From assembly GCA_963753165.1 (NCBI GenBank), contig CAVWBP010000002.1, positions 272,301-336,300 of the forward strand: a stretch of DNA of 64,000 nucleotides, given 5' to 3'. The first letter of the stretch is position 1. Every line of letters begins with the position of its first letter. This document shows, piece after piece, positions 1-9,238 of the stretch. The position numbers and the translations under genes were made by a program. The stretch is from Thermodesulfovibrionales bacterium (GTDB lineage: Bacteria; Nitrospirota; Thermodesulfovibrionia; Thermodesulfovibrionales; SM23-35). The notes below the pieces were generated by a model, which worked only from the letters and a program-made list of their open reading frames with translations, was not told the DNA's origin and did no database searches.

Positions 1-168
1 TTCCGTTTTTACCAGTGCGGCTGTGCCGTCCTCTGAAGCGTTGTCCGCAACGATAATTTCAGTCTTCAGTCCCTGTGCTGCTGCAAGAACTGAATTGATG
101 CAATTGACAATGACGTGGTGTGAATTGTAGGAGACAATGGATATCGTGACGTCAATCTGTTGTGGCAT
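1..168 (-). CDS. Glycosyltransferase family 2, N-terminal part (runs off window start)
   Basis: Manual translation from ATG at 168: MPQQIDVTISIVSYNSHHVIVNCINSVLAAAQGLKTEIIVADNASEDGT; typical GT2 N-terminus (IVSYN...IIVADNASEDGT). Confidence 0.85.
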   Translation of the reverse strand, partial: MPQQIDVTISIVSYNSHHVIVNCINSVLAAAQGLKTEIIVADNASEDGTAALVKTE

Positions 169-174
169 GAGAGC

Positions 175-1317
175 TTATTCCACCGTAAATGTGCTCCTGA
201 AAAAGCAGAGCGAATTGAGTATTTCATAATCTGTGGTCAGCGTGCAGTCTATAGATTCGACCGCGATGGGTTTGTATGCCTGCGAGTCAAATATGCCGAC
301 ATAGACAAAATAGTTGTCATTTACGAGATTAAGATCTTGTACCCGGATGGAAACATTTTTTGTCCCTTCCAGGAGGACAGGTTCTTTCTCTTGCATGTGA
401 GTTGTCATGAAAGAAACCTGAAACATGTCCCGCCTCAGGATGGCCCATCCGATATGCCCGATAAACGGCTCTGAGGATTTGACTTTGAATTCAATGGCAA
501 GTTCTCTTTTGCCCGACTGATGCGCGGAAATATCCGAAATAAACAGAAACGAACCCTCATGTGTTTTCTGGAGTTGTTCTCTGTAAACTTCTGCCCGGGT
601 TTGTTCATGCCCTGCGTAAGCATTGATGACCTGTGTGGAGTCGCCGAACATCTTTATCCTGCCGTGATCGAGCCACATGGTTTTCGCGCAGAATGTCTTG
701 ATTTGATAGAGATCATGAGAACAGAATATGATGATCTTTTCTCTTTTTTTGAAATCATCCATTTTTTCAAGACATTTCTTTTGGAAATACTGATCGCCGA
801 CCGACAACGCCTCATCGATTATCAAAATATCAGGATCTACCGTAGTTGCAACCGAAAAGGCCAGCCGAACGTGCATGCCCGAAGAGTATGTCTTGATAGG
901 ATAATTGATAAAATCCCCTAATTCGGCAAATTCTATGATCTGATTTATATGTTTTTTCATCAGATTCCCGTCAATGCCCAGCAGCGAACCGTAAAAGAAG
1001 ACATTCTCAATCCCGGTGAATTCCGGATGAAAGCCCGAACCGAGTTCGAGGAGCGAAGTGATAAGTCCATGCACTTCGACCCGGCCGTTGGTTGGGGAGA
1101 GAGTTTTTGTCAGTATCTTGAGAAGGGTACTTTTGCCTGCACCGTTGTCTCCGATCACTCCAAGGGTGTCTCCTTTTTTCAGCGAGAAGGTCACGTCGCT
1201 GAGAGCAACGAGTTCTTTATGGAGGGGCCTGTGGAATAAAAATTCTTTAAGTCTGTCGAGAGGTTTGTTATAGAGTTTATATACTTTTGTTATCTGTTCA
1301 GTGTCTACCGCTATCAT
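175..1317 (-). CDS. wzt: Polysaccharide ABC transporter ATP-binding subunit (Wzt) with C-terminal extension
   Basis: Walker A GDNGAGKST, signature YSSGMHVRLAFS, IIDEALSVGD; follows wzm. Confidence 0.92.
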   Translation of the reverse strand: MIAVDTEQITKVYKLYNKPLDRLKEFLFHRPLHKELVALSDVTFSLKKGDTLGVIGDNGAGKSTLLKILTKTLSPTNGRVEVHGLITSLLELGSGFHPEFTGIENVFFYGSLLGIDGNLMKKHINQIIEFAELGDFINYPIKTYSSGMHVRLAFSVATTVDPDILIIDEALSVGDQYFQKKCLEKMDDFKKREKIIIFCSHDLYQIKTFCAKTMWLDHGRIKMFGDSTQVINAYAGHEQTRAEVYREQLQKTHEGSFLFISDISAHQSGKRELAIEFKVKSSEPFIGHIGWAILRRDMFQVSFMTTHMQEKEPVLLEGTKNVSIRVQDLNLVNDNYFVYVGIFDSQAYKPIAVESIDCTLTTDYEILNSLCFFRSTFTVE

Positions 1318-1335
1318 TCTTAGCCCCGTCTCATT

Positions 1336-2103
1336 CTAAAGAACATCGGCAAAACCGTCTTTGAGTTTCTTGAATGTTCGATATCCGATGAAGAACATAA
1401 CAATCGAGATAATGCAGATGGTGCCAAGGTAAAGAATCGGAGGGGCTTTTTTCAAAAGGATGATGCTGTGATAGGAAGATGCGAAGTAAGTAAAGGGATT
1501 GAAATAAAAGAGCAGCCTGAATTTTTCAGGCACAGATTCTATGCTGTAAATGATCGGTGACATGAAAAATAATGCCTGGAGGAAGTATCCCAGGAGTTGT
1601 CCTATGTCCCTGATGTAAGGGGTGAGAGCGGCAAGGAACATGCCGAGACCGAGGGAAAAAAGAAACTGGAGGAAAAGAACTGGCACGAGAAGCACAATTA
1701 CCGGGCTCACTGATGCGGTGATGGAATAGATTGCGATGAAGAAGAGAAATCCGATGGTATTCAGCAAATAGCTTGATAGCGTTACTGTGACGGGAAGAAA
1801 AATCTTAGGGAAAAAGATTTTTTTCACAGTCTCTGCATTTTCGATAATCACGGAGGCTGACCTGCTGACACCCTCTGAGAACGCAAGCCAGAAGAATAAC
1901 GAGGACAGAAGGAAATAGATATAGGGAACATCTGTTTGTGCGTATGGCCGTGCTCTCATGATGAGGGAAAAGACAAACCAGAAGAGGGTAATATGCACAA
2001 GGGGAATGAGTATGGTCCAGAGTAATCCCAATCCTGAACCAGCATATTTTGTCTTGATATCTTTCTTAAGAAAGTATAAAAGAAGGTATACTTTGTTCTG
2101 CAT
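1336..2103 (-). CDS. wzm: Polysaccharide ABC transporter permease (Wzm)
   Basis: KTKYAGSGLGLLW motif, multiple hydrophobic segments, PIIYS and NPFTY motifs of ABC-2 permeases. Confidence 0.92.
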   Translation of the reverse strand: MQNKVYLLLYFLKKDIKTKYAGSGLGLLWTILIPLVHITLFWFVFSLIMRARPYAQTDVPYIYFLLSSLFFWLAFSEGVSRSASVIIENAETVKKIFFPKIFLPVTVTLSSYLLNTIGFLFFIAIYSITASVSPVIVLLVPVLFLQFLFSLGLGMFLAALTPYIRDIGQLLGYFLQALFFMSPIIYSIESVPEKFRLLFYFNPFTYFASSYHSIILLKKAPPILYLGTICIISIVMFFIGYRTFKKLKDGFADVL

Positions 2104-2144
2104 GGAGTATAATTTTCATTGTATTTGATATGACCTTTGTCTCT

Positions 2145-2864
2145 TCATTTGCTCAGAGCCTGAGGAGCGTAGGTTTTTTGGGAGCCCCTCCTCCGTCCGG
2201 GTCTCTCAGGTTTTTCCTGTTGAGTCTGACTGCCGGCACTCGCCGGCTGGAAAGTTCTTTGCGGGGGGCTTTGGGGCGCCTGACGCTGAGCCGCAGGTTT
2301 CGATGCTGAAGCAGGAGAAGAGACCGCGGTTGATTCCGATACGCCGAATTCTGTCCGTGCCTTTGGATGCGACGAGTCTTGTATCGAGACTACAAGTTTT
2401 TCATCACCCCTCATCAGCACAATGTTGTCGCTGTGAATCTCTTTGAGAGTGAAGCCGCTCATTCTGTCCCCCTTTTTGAGGGAGGTTTGCCTTTGCCCCC
2501 TCCCCGGAGAACTCCGTGGCGCTTTCAGGTCTTGCACATATGCGAGACTCAGCCCGTCGGTGATCATCGTTCCATAGAGGACAAATTCAGGTTTTGGCAG
2601 CGGCTGTTCCGCTTTTTTCTCAACGGGAATTATTCTTTCAGGATGGAACAGATTCTGTTCGGCGACAGACATAAATTCTGCAGGGGACGGTATCTGGATT
2701 TCCTGTGCTTCCCCAACTGTTTCCTGCTCCTGTTTTTTTGCGGATGGAAGGACAGAATTGGCTTGTACGGTGAAGAGGGGAGAAACGTCGGAGAATACAA
2801 AAAAAGCAACCAAGGCGGCGAGAATTATATTGCCTATATTGATATTACGAATAAGAGATTTCAT
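2145..2864 (-). CDS. Type II secretion GspC/GspN-like inner-membrane protein
   Basis: Single N-terminal TM, NLFHPER motif, LYGT...AYV...G..L.EI..D.IVL pattern of the GspC HR domain, low-complexity tail; lies downstream of the gsp genes. Confidence 0.6.
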   Translation of the reverse strand: MKSLIRNINIGNIILAALVAFFVFSDVSPLFTVQANSVLPSAKKQEQETVGEAQEIQIPSPAEFMSVAEQNLFHPERIIPVEKKAEQPLPKPEFVLYGTMITDGLSLAYVQDLKAPRSSPGRGQRQTSLKKGDRMSGFTLKEIHSDNIVLMRGDEKLVVSIQDSSHPKARTEFGVSESTAVSSPASASKPAAQRQAPQSPPQRTFQPASAGSQTQQEKPERPGRRRGSQKTYAPQALSK

Positions 2865-3103
2865 ATGTTCGGAGTATCTGTCCTGTATTCAATGAATTTT
2901 ACCATAAAGATAGTCATTATTACTTTGTCTTCAGCAGTTTTCCTGAAGTATTGTTGCGCTATCACCTGCCGCTTTCGCAAGGCGTGAGAAAATGTTCGGT
3001 ATATTCCCCTGAATTGTATTGGGGGAATGGGAAATACAGGAGGCCGGGTGTACACAAATAAAAGAAGTGTGATAAGATTTACGGATCAGAATATGCAGGA
3101 GAT

Positions 3104-4426
3104 GTGGAGATGAAGATACTGATTGTCGATGACGACAAGAATCTGAGAAAGGTGCTCGCAAACGAGCTCTCTGATGCAGGATATGAAGTCTCCCAGGCTG
3201 ATAACGGGATAAAGGCGATTCAATTGATCGAGAAGGAAGAGCAGGATGTCCTCCTCCTCGATCTCAACATGCCGGGAATGAATGGCATGGAGATACTGAA
3301 ACAACTCAGGGAGCTCGATATCCCTGCGGAAGTTGTTATCCTCACTGCGTATGCGACGGTATCCACGGCAGTCGAGGCGATGAAGAACGGAGCGTATGAT
3401 TATCTGACAAAACCTTTCCAGATTGAAGAGCTCATCACTGCAGTTGAGCGGGCGTACGAGAAGAAGAGTCTGCTCACCGAAAACCTGCTGCTGAAATCAC
3501 AGTTAAAGCGGCAGACTGAAAGAAAAAAGATTGTGACAAACCACCCGCTCATGCTGGAGGTTCTTGAAATAGCAAAGAAATTCGCGCTTTCGGCGTTCCC
3601 TGTGCTGATAAGCGGCGAAAGCGGTGTAGGAAAGGAATTGGTCGCGCAGGTACTCCATGATTCCTCCCCCCGCAGCGAAGGGCCCTTTATCCCCATAAAC
3701 TGTGGGGCGATCCCCGAGACAATGATCGAGAGTGAACTTTTCGGCCATGAGAAAGGGGCCTTTACCGGCGCCTATGCAAAAAAACCCGGATTGCTCGAGA
3801 TCGCAAACCATGGTACGGTTTTCCTCGATGAAATCGGCGAACTGAGTCCTGTCCTCCAGGGGAAGCTGCTCAGGGTCATAGAGAACGGGAACTTCTTTCG
3901 GGTCGGCGGCATAAAAGAAGTCGGGGTGGACGTCAGATTTGTGTCGGCTACCAATAAAGATATCAACAAGGAAGTCGAAGAAGGCCGCTTCCGGCAGGAC
4001 CTCTATTACCGGATCAGCTCACTTGCCTTGACCATCCCTCCGCTGCGGGAACGGAAAGAGGATATTCCGATACTCGTCGAACATATCATAAAGAGCACCG
4101 GGATATTCAAAAACAGGGGCATAAGCAAAAAGGCGCTCAAGGTGCTTGCAGGATATTCCTGGCCCGGCAACGTCCGGGAACTCCAGAATGTTGTCCACAG
4201 GTCGTTATTCCTTTCCAGGAATCAGATCATTGATGCGAATGACCTCCCTGCCGACATGCTGGAGGGGCAGAATACCTCCGGGAGGAAGCTGGAAGATATC
4301 GAACGGGAGCATATTCTGAAGGTGTATCGGGAAGTGAACGGTCAGAAGAGAAAAGCAGCGCAAATCCTCGGTGTCGACCCGAAAACCCTGTACCGGAAAC
4401 TCTCATCGTACGGGATACAAGAATAG
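3104..4426 (+). CDS. Sigma54-dependent response regulator (REC-AAA+-HTH)
   Basis: REC (DDD...LLDLNMP), GESGVGKE, ESELFGHEKGAFTGA, WPGNVREL, Fis-type HTH. Confidence 0.95.
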   Translation: MEMKILIVDDDKNLRKVLANELSDAGYEVSQADNGIKAIQLIEKEEQDVLLLDLNMPGMNGMEILKQLRELDIPAEVVILTAYATVSTAVEAMKNGAYDYLTKPFQIEELITAVERAYEKKSLLTENLLLKSQLKRQTERKKIVTNHPLMLEVLEIAKKFALSAFPVLISGESGVGKELVAQVLHDSSPRSEGPFIPINCGAIPETMIESELFGHEKGAFTGAYAKKPGLLEIANHGTVFLDEIGELSPVLQGKLLRVIENGNFFRVGGIKEVGVDVRFVSATNKDINKEVEEGRFRQDLYYRISSLALTIPPLRERKEDIPILVEHIIKSTGIFKNRGISKKALKVLAGYSWPGNVRELQNVVHRSLFLSRNQIIDANDLPADMLEGQNTSGRKLEDIEREHILKVYREVNGQKRKAAQILGVDPKTLYRKLSSYGIQE

Positions 4427-4557
4427 ATCAGGCATCTTCTTTTCTGCGTTTGTTGCACCGCCTTTAAAATATTTTGCAAGAAGTTTTTCTCCGGTTTCCG
4501 AATTACTCCTTGCAGACGGAAGACTCAGAAAGAATCAGGGGAATTCCATTGACACGG

Positions 4558-5109
4558 TTATCTGCTGCTTGTGAGGGCGTTCACTTCGATCTTGACGACC
4601 TGTTCCCGCGGATCCCGGTAATTTCTGATTCTTATGTCGAGGTCTTTAATCGTAAGATAGGGAGTTCTTGTCTCGATAGCGTAAAGAATATCACTCAGCG
4701 ATCTCGTGTCAGGGACAACCGTATCGATACTTACCCCAATAACTTTGAATGCATCGAGGTCTTCAGGTTTCTGGACACGTTCTGAAGTTATGGCAGCCCC
4801 GCTCCTCGTGATGGTATCTTTCACCATTTCCTGCAGCGATGCGGCAGCGAGGGAAAGGGTCTGGCCTTCAACGAGCTTCGTTTCCTCGGCCTTTCTTTCT
4901 TCTTTCAGGGCGTCAAGCTGTTTCTCAAGCTCGGGTTTTTCGGCGATAAGGGAGATGTATTTCTCCAGGGTCTTGGTCTTGATCTCCTCGCCCTCTTTGA
5001 TCGAGGCAACATCCTCCTGGATCCGCACATAGACGTATTCGTAGAGGAGAAAGGCCGATAAAATAATCATGAGCGGGACCGTAAGGATGAGCGTTCTACT
5101 CTTCTTCAT
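4558..5109 (-). CDS. gspM: Type II secretion GspM/PilO-like protein
   Basis: N-terminal TM, coiled coil, ferredoxin-like C-terminus; follows gspL. Confidence 0.7.
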   Translation of the reverse strand: MKKSRTLILTVPLMIILSAFLLYEYVYVRIQEDVASIKEGEEIKTKTLEKYISLIAEKPELEKQLDALKEERKAEETKLVEGQTLSLAAASLQEMVKDTITRSGAAITSERVQKPEDLDAFKVIGVSIDTVVPDTRSLSDILYAIETRTPYLTIKDLDIRIRNYRDPREQVVKIEVNALTSSR

Positions 5110-6652
5110 TTTCCTCCACTGCCTGGTTCACGGGTTTTGGGGGTTCCTCTTTTATTCCTTCTATCTCCATCTTGATGTTGAAGCGGTCTGCATTCAGCCG
5201 GGTATCACGGAAGGTAGGGGAGGCGAATTCAGCCTTGATGAAATAAGGCGATGTTTCAAGTTTTGCGAGAAGCCCTGAAGAAGAACTTGCATATCCCTCC
5301 ATTTCTACTTTCGTCTCGCCTATGCGCAACCTGGTGAGCCATACGGTTTTCGGCAGGATGGTAGTGATCTCTTTGAGGATATTGAGCGCCATAGGTTTCT
5401 TGGTCTTGAAAGCATGTATCGCAGCAATATCTTTGCGGATATTCTCCACCTCTTTCTTGAGCGCTTCTACCTTTCTGACCTCTTCTTTTCTCTGCATAAT
5501 CTGGCGGTCAACTTCCTGAATCTTCTTCTCCTCCACCCTGAGCGGAGCCATGATATAGAGAACCCAGAGTACGAGGAGAGCAACCAGAAGAATGATTGTG
5601 AGCGCAAACGGCACCTTCTGCACGGGATGTCTTCCCCTGCTCAGGAGATTCAGGCGCTCTCTCTTCGGCCACAACGATTCTATTACTCCTCCGACGGCTG
5701 CATAGGGGATTTCAGATGTCTGTCCGGGGGTTTTGAACTTCAGATTAGTCTCATTCACGATGGTAAGCGGATGGGTAATGCGGGATTTCAGGATCTCCCG
5801 CAGGCCTGCGGTGCGGTCTTTAAAGAGTATCTGTATCCGCTCCGGTTTTCCGGACAGTTTTAAAATATCCGTATGAGTCTGAATTTCTGACATGAGCACA
5901 TCGGCCTGTGCTCGCTCATCCTCTGTCTGGAAATTTCCTGAAAAGGTGTTCATCACCGCACCTTTGATGAAGAGGGCGCCCTCGAAGCCTTCCTTCCTTA
6001 TGTCCAGGAAAAGCGAAGCTGCCTTCCCGTTGCGGTAAGAACTCAGCGCTTCCATGCACGAGAGGTTTACGGTTATCCGTGATACGTTGATCCCCTTTTC
6101 CCTGAATGCCTCCCTGTACTGATCGATGACGTCAGACCTGGCAGCGACAATGAACAGGGTGATCTTTTCTGCAGTCTCTCCGAGTATCCTGAAATCGTAA
6201 TAGGCGTTTTCAGCACTGAACGGCGTTATCCTGTCCAGTTCGTAAGAGACGACATTCGAAAGGCTCTCCTTCACTGCAGCGGGGAATTCCGCTGTTTTGA
6301 AGACAGCCCATGCTTTTGGAATACAGAGGGTAATCTCAGCCTCCGAAGTGGTGAATTCACTGAGTGCAAGAGCGGCAGACGATGCAAGCACTTCCGGCTG
6401 CGGGTATTTTCCTTCTTCAAAAGAAAATTCCCTTGTCTGTTTCACAGTAATTCTTGAGAGAAACCGTGAACCGTATGCTACAGATGCTGTCCCTTTTTCG
6501 AGAGAGACGGAAATGTTCTTTGACGGATAGACCCTGTCGTCAGCGGGACTGAACGAGAGTATTTTCCAGAGAGGACCACCTATCTGTTTCAGAGATGTTG
6601 ACGAGCTTGAGGCAACATCGGTTATTCTTTTTATGACTGCGCTTCCGTTCAT
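5096..6652 (-). CDS. gspL: Type II secretion GspL (PilM/PilN-like fused)
   Basis: Actin-like N-terminal region (YELDRITPF...YYDF), LNLL-TM-coiled coil, PKTVWLTRL...MEGYA PilN-type domain. Confidence 0.8.
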   Translation of the reverse strand: MNGSAVIKRITDVASSSSTSLKQIGGPLWKILSFSPADDRVYPSKNISVSLEKGTASVAYGSRFLSRITVKQTREFSFEEGKYPQPEVLASSAALALSEFTTSEAEITLCIPKAWAVFKTAEFPAAVKESLSNVVSYELDRITPFSAENAYYDFRILGETAEKITLFIVAARSDVIDQYREAFREKGINVSRITVNLSCMEALSSYRNGKAASLFLDIRKEGFEGALFIKGAVMNTFSGNFQTEDERAQADVLMSEIQTHTDILKLSGKPERIQILFKDRTAGLREILKSRITHPLTIVNETNLKFKTPGQTSEIPYAAVGGVIESLWPKRERLNLLSRGRHPVQKVPFALTIILLVALLVLWVLYIMAPLRVEEKKIQEVDRQIMQRKEEVRKVEALKKEVENIRKDIAAIHAFKTKKPMALNILKEITTILPKTVWLTRLRIGETKVEMEGYASSSSGLLAKLETSPYFIKAEFASPTFRDTRLNADRFNIKMEIEGIKEEPPKPVNQAVEENEEE

Positions 6653-7614
6653 TCTCTTATTATAACAGGGCTCTTGTAATAGAGAAAGGTATACTGGTCC
6701 ATTTCCGTAAGTCTGACCGTGGCCCGTATTGCATATGCTCCCTTCTCCCCTGTTTTCTTCCCGGATGCATCGATACTGAAAACGCTGGAATCAGTCATGA
6801 TGAGGTATTTTAATGCTTCCTGAGCATTGGTGCCAAGGATTCCAGTAATGTCGTTCATGTCGATTTCTTTGCTCTCCCTCAACTCTATGAGCTGATCTGC
6901 GGCCTCCGGCGTCATGCCCGGGACCGCGAGCAAAACTTCTCTCGGCGCTGCTTTCACGTTGATCCGGCTATTTTTTGCATGGACGGTCAGGAACTCGACA
7001 ACCCCCTTTTTTTCTTTGCTCCCATAGAGGATGTCAGGGGTTACCCCTTTTACCAGGAGGAGTTCCTCCACAGTATCGAACTTGGCATCCTTCGCGTTAT
7101 AGGGTGTCGGCAGCGATTGATAATAGTCGCTTTCAGCGCCGTTCAGGCGGTGAAGATCATCGGGGTCCTTCCAGTCCATGAGAGAATCCACAATGATATC
7201 AGCGTCTTCTCCGCTTATCCCCGTATTCATGAACAAATTTTTCAGGACCAGCTCAGGTGCGGTATTGATGTCAACCTTCCCGGCTTCATCCGTTATTCTG
7301 ACAGTGTAATACCCTTCTCCTAATTGTGCGTCATGTGGCGTACCGTCTGTTTTCCATATTTCCCTGCCCTCGAGTTCGACGTTCTGGTTCCTGTAAACAT
7401 TCCGGTAGAAAATCTCCATAATCCCCCTCTGGATTCCGGCCTCCGCAAGAAATTTTTTTGCTATTCCGCTCTTGTATGACATTATTGAGAGCGTCTCGGT
7501 TCTTGCCATGAGAGAGAAGGAAAATACGATGACCATGAGAATGGTGAGCACCCAGAGTACGATAAGAAGGGCAATCCCTCCTTCTGTCCTCAGATGTTTC
7601 CCGTGTCCCGTCAT
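6649..7614 (-). CDS. gspK: Type II secretion minor pseudopilin GspK
   Basis: G|IALLIVLW prepilin site, DEAGKVDIN, DWKDPDD, GAESDYY, VEELLLVKGVT motifs. Confidence 0.9.
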   Translation of the reverse strand: MTGHGKHLRTEGGIALLIVLWVLTILMVIVFSFSLMARTETLSIMSYKSGIAKKFLAEAGIQRGIMEIFYRNVYRNQNVELEGREIWKTDGTPHDAQLGEGYYTVRITDEAGKVDINTAPELVLKNLFMNTGISGEDADIIVDSLMDWKDPDDLHRLNGAESDYYQSLPTPYNAKDAKFDTVEELLLVKGVTPDILYGSKEKKGVVEFLTVHAKNSRINVKAAPREVLLAVPGMTPEAADQLIELRESKEIDMNDITGILGTNAQEALKYLIMTDSSVFSIDASGKKTGEKGAYAIRATVRLTEMDQYTFLYYKSPVIIRE

Positions 7615-8427
7615 CTATTCTTCTTCTCCTATCACAAACTGTCCCGTATCCGTAAGAGTACCGCGGACCCTGACCGGAATGATGAGGGAGAGGTCACGGG
7701 GGCCATCAATGAAGTGCATCCTTATTTTTTCGGGGATTTGATTTTTTTCTGTCCACTGGTCAACCCACCGGCCTGCTTCCTCGAAAGGGTCTTTATAGAA
7801 ATATTCGAAATAGATGCTTTCAAAAGTGTCGAAAAGCGTTGCCTCCCGCTTTGCCTCCATATTGACGACGTTTTCTGAAACAACAAGGATTTGTCTCCCG
7901 TTTTCCGTGGACTGGACTGAATAGGTCGCGAGCACGAACCCCTTCTCCCCGCCCCATATCGAATAGTTTGTCGTGAACTGAATGAATTGCCGTTCGCCCC
8001 TGAAATAGAATTGCACCTCGGCTTCCCCTTCCTGCACATACGTCAGTGGAATCTGGGACTGAATTTGTGAATCAAGGATGTTCATGGACGCCCGGGTTCT
8101 CTCGAATGATTCTATTTTTCTTTCCCCTGATTCGACAGAACGTATGCCGATTCGCATTGCACCGAGAATGATTATGATGATGAGGGCGAGCAGGGTGATT
8201 GCAATGGTCAGCTCGAGGAGCGTGAAGCCCCGCGCATTGAGGCTGACCCTCTGTTTTTTCAGATTCCCCCGTACATCTTTTTCCTGCCCGTGCAATTCAT
8301 CATGCAGCTGAACGCCGGCAGAAACAGGATTTTCGGTCATTCTCGCCCCGGTCAACCCTATATCTCCTTTTTTACAGTCTTCAGCGTTCTGATCGTGAGC
8401 GACCGTTCCTTTATCCCTTTCACCCAA
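7615..8427 (-). CDS. gspJ: Type II secretion minor pseudopilin GspJ-like; true start probably downstream (ATG 8340 or later)
   Basis: RG|FTLLELTIA N-methylation motif; position between gspI and gspK. Confidence 0.75.
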   Translation of the reverse strand: MGERDKGTVAHDQNAEDCKKGDIGLTGARMTENPVSAGVQLHDELHGQEKDVRGNLKKQRVSLNARGFTLLELTIAITLLALIIIIILGAMRIGIRSVESGERKIESFERTRASMNILDSQIQSQIPLTYVQEGEAEVQFYFRGERQFIQFTTNYSIWGGEKGFVLATYSVQSTENGRQILVVSENVVNMEAKREATLFDTFESIYFEYFYKDPFEEAGRWVDQWTEKNQIPEKIRMHFIDGPRDLSLIIPVRVRGTLTDTGQFVIGEEE

Positions 8428-8798
8428 TGGACGGTGACAGCGATCTCCATTATCTTTACCTGGAGGTTCTCTGTCCTTTCCTGCAGGGTTTCAGCGATGG
8501 AAGTATCGATTCGATATCCGTCATCAGTCACTTCGCCCAGAGACTGTTCAACAGGTTTCTCTTCATCGAGGAGCTCCCTCATCTTTACCTGTGCCTTTGT
8601 TGCCGCAGTCGTATAATCGCCTGAGACCGAGATCGCTTTCAGGTTTGCCGAGAAAAGCTGCAGGACGACGGTTACTGCGATGCCGAGTATCGAAATCGCG
8701 ACGAGGATCTCGATGAGGGTGAAGCCTGTCGCGGTATTCAGGAAGGAGGAGCGGCGCCCCTGCCTCCCGGTTTCCGATGCTCTGTGTCCCTGTTTCAT
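8358..8798 (-). CDS. gspI: Type II secretion minor pseudopilin GspI-like
   Basis: TG|FTLIEILVA motif; ATGA overlap with gspH stop. Confidence 0.75.
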   Translation of the reverse strand: MKQGHRASETGRQGRRSSFLNTATGFTLIEILVAISILGIAVTVVLQLFSANLKAISVSGDYTTAATKAQVKMRELLDEEKPVEQSLGEVTDDGYRIDTSIAETLQERTENLQVKIMEIAVTVHWVKGIKERSLTIRTLKTVKKEI

Positions 8799-9229
8799 TT
8801 CACGACCACTGAACCACCGATTGGATCTGTCCGTATCTCTACCGCCTTTTTGGAATTCCAGAGAACTATCGTGCCGCCTTCTATTCCACCGGAAGGATGG
8901 AAGATAAGCTGATATTTCCCTTCGATGATTTCCCCTGCAAAGGGGTCTATGATTTTTATGGAAATATCTTCCGGGATATCTCTTGATCCCCGTCCCTCGA
9001 TCCCGTATTGCTTTGCATCGAGGTCGAGGATTACATACTGCCTTTCGCCGTGGATCTGCGCGAGAGACCGGGCCTCTCTGATGGTTGCCGACACTTCTCT
9101 CACCGTTGCATGAAACTTTTGAGAAGGGAGCAGATTTGTGAAGAGAAGAGTTGACATGCCGAGAATGATCGCCATAAGGAAAAGGACGATGATAAGTTCA
9201 AGAAGAATAAATCCTTTCTCTCTTTTCAT
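8795..9229 (-). CDS. gspH: Pseudopilin GspH/FimT-like
   Basis: KG|FILLELIIV motif, AR..A helix, FHPSGG..GGTI pattern. Confidence 0.75.
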   Translation of the reverse strand: MKREKGFILLELIIVLFLMAIILGMSTLLFTNLLPSQKFHATVREVSATIREARSLAQIHGERQYVILDLDAKQYGIEGRGSRDIPEDISIKIIDPFAGEIIEGKYQLIFHPSGGIEGGTIVLWNSKKAVEIRTDPIGGSVVVK

Positions 9230-9238
9230 CCGGGTATC

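Noticed and set aside
2865-3103. Sigma54 promoter for the gspC-like gene driven by the adjacent regulator
   Set aside because: The best candidate (CGGCAGGTGATAGCG) has the wrong GG-to-GC spacing.
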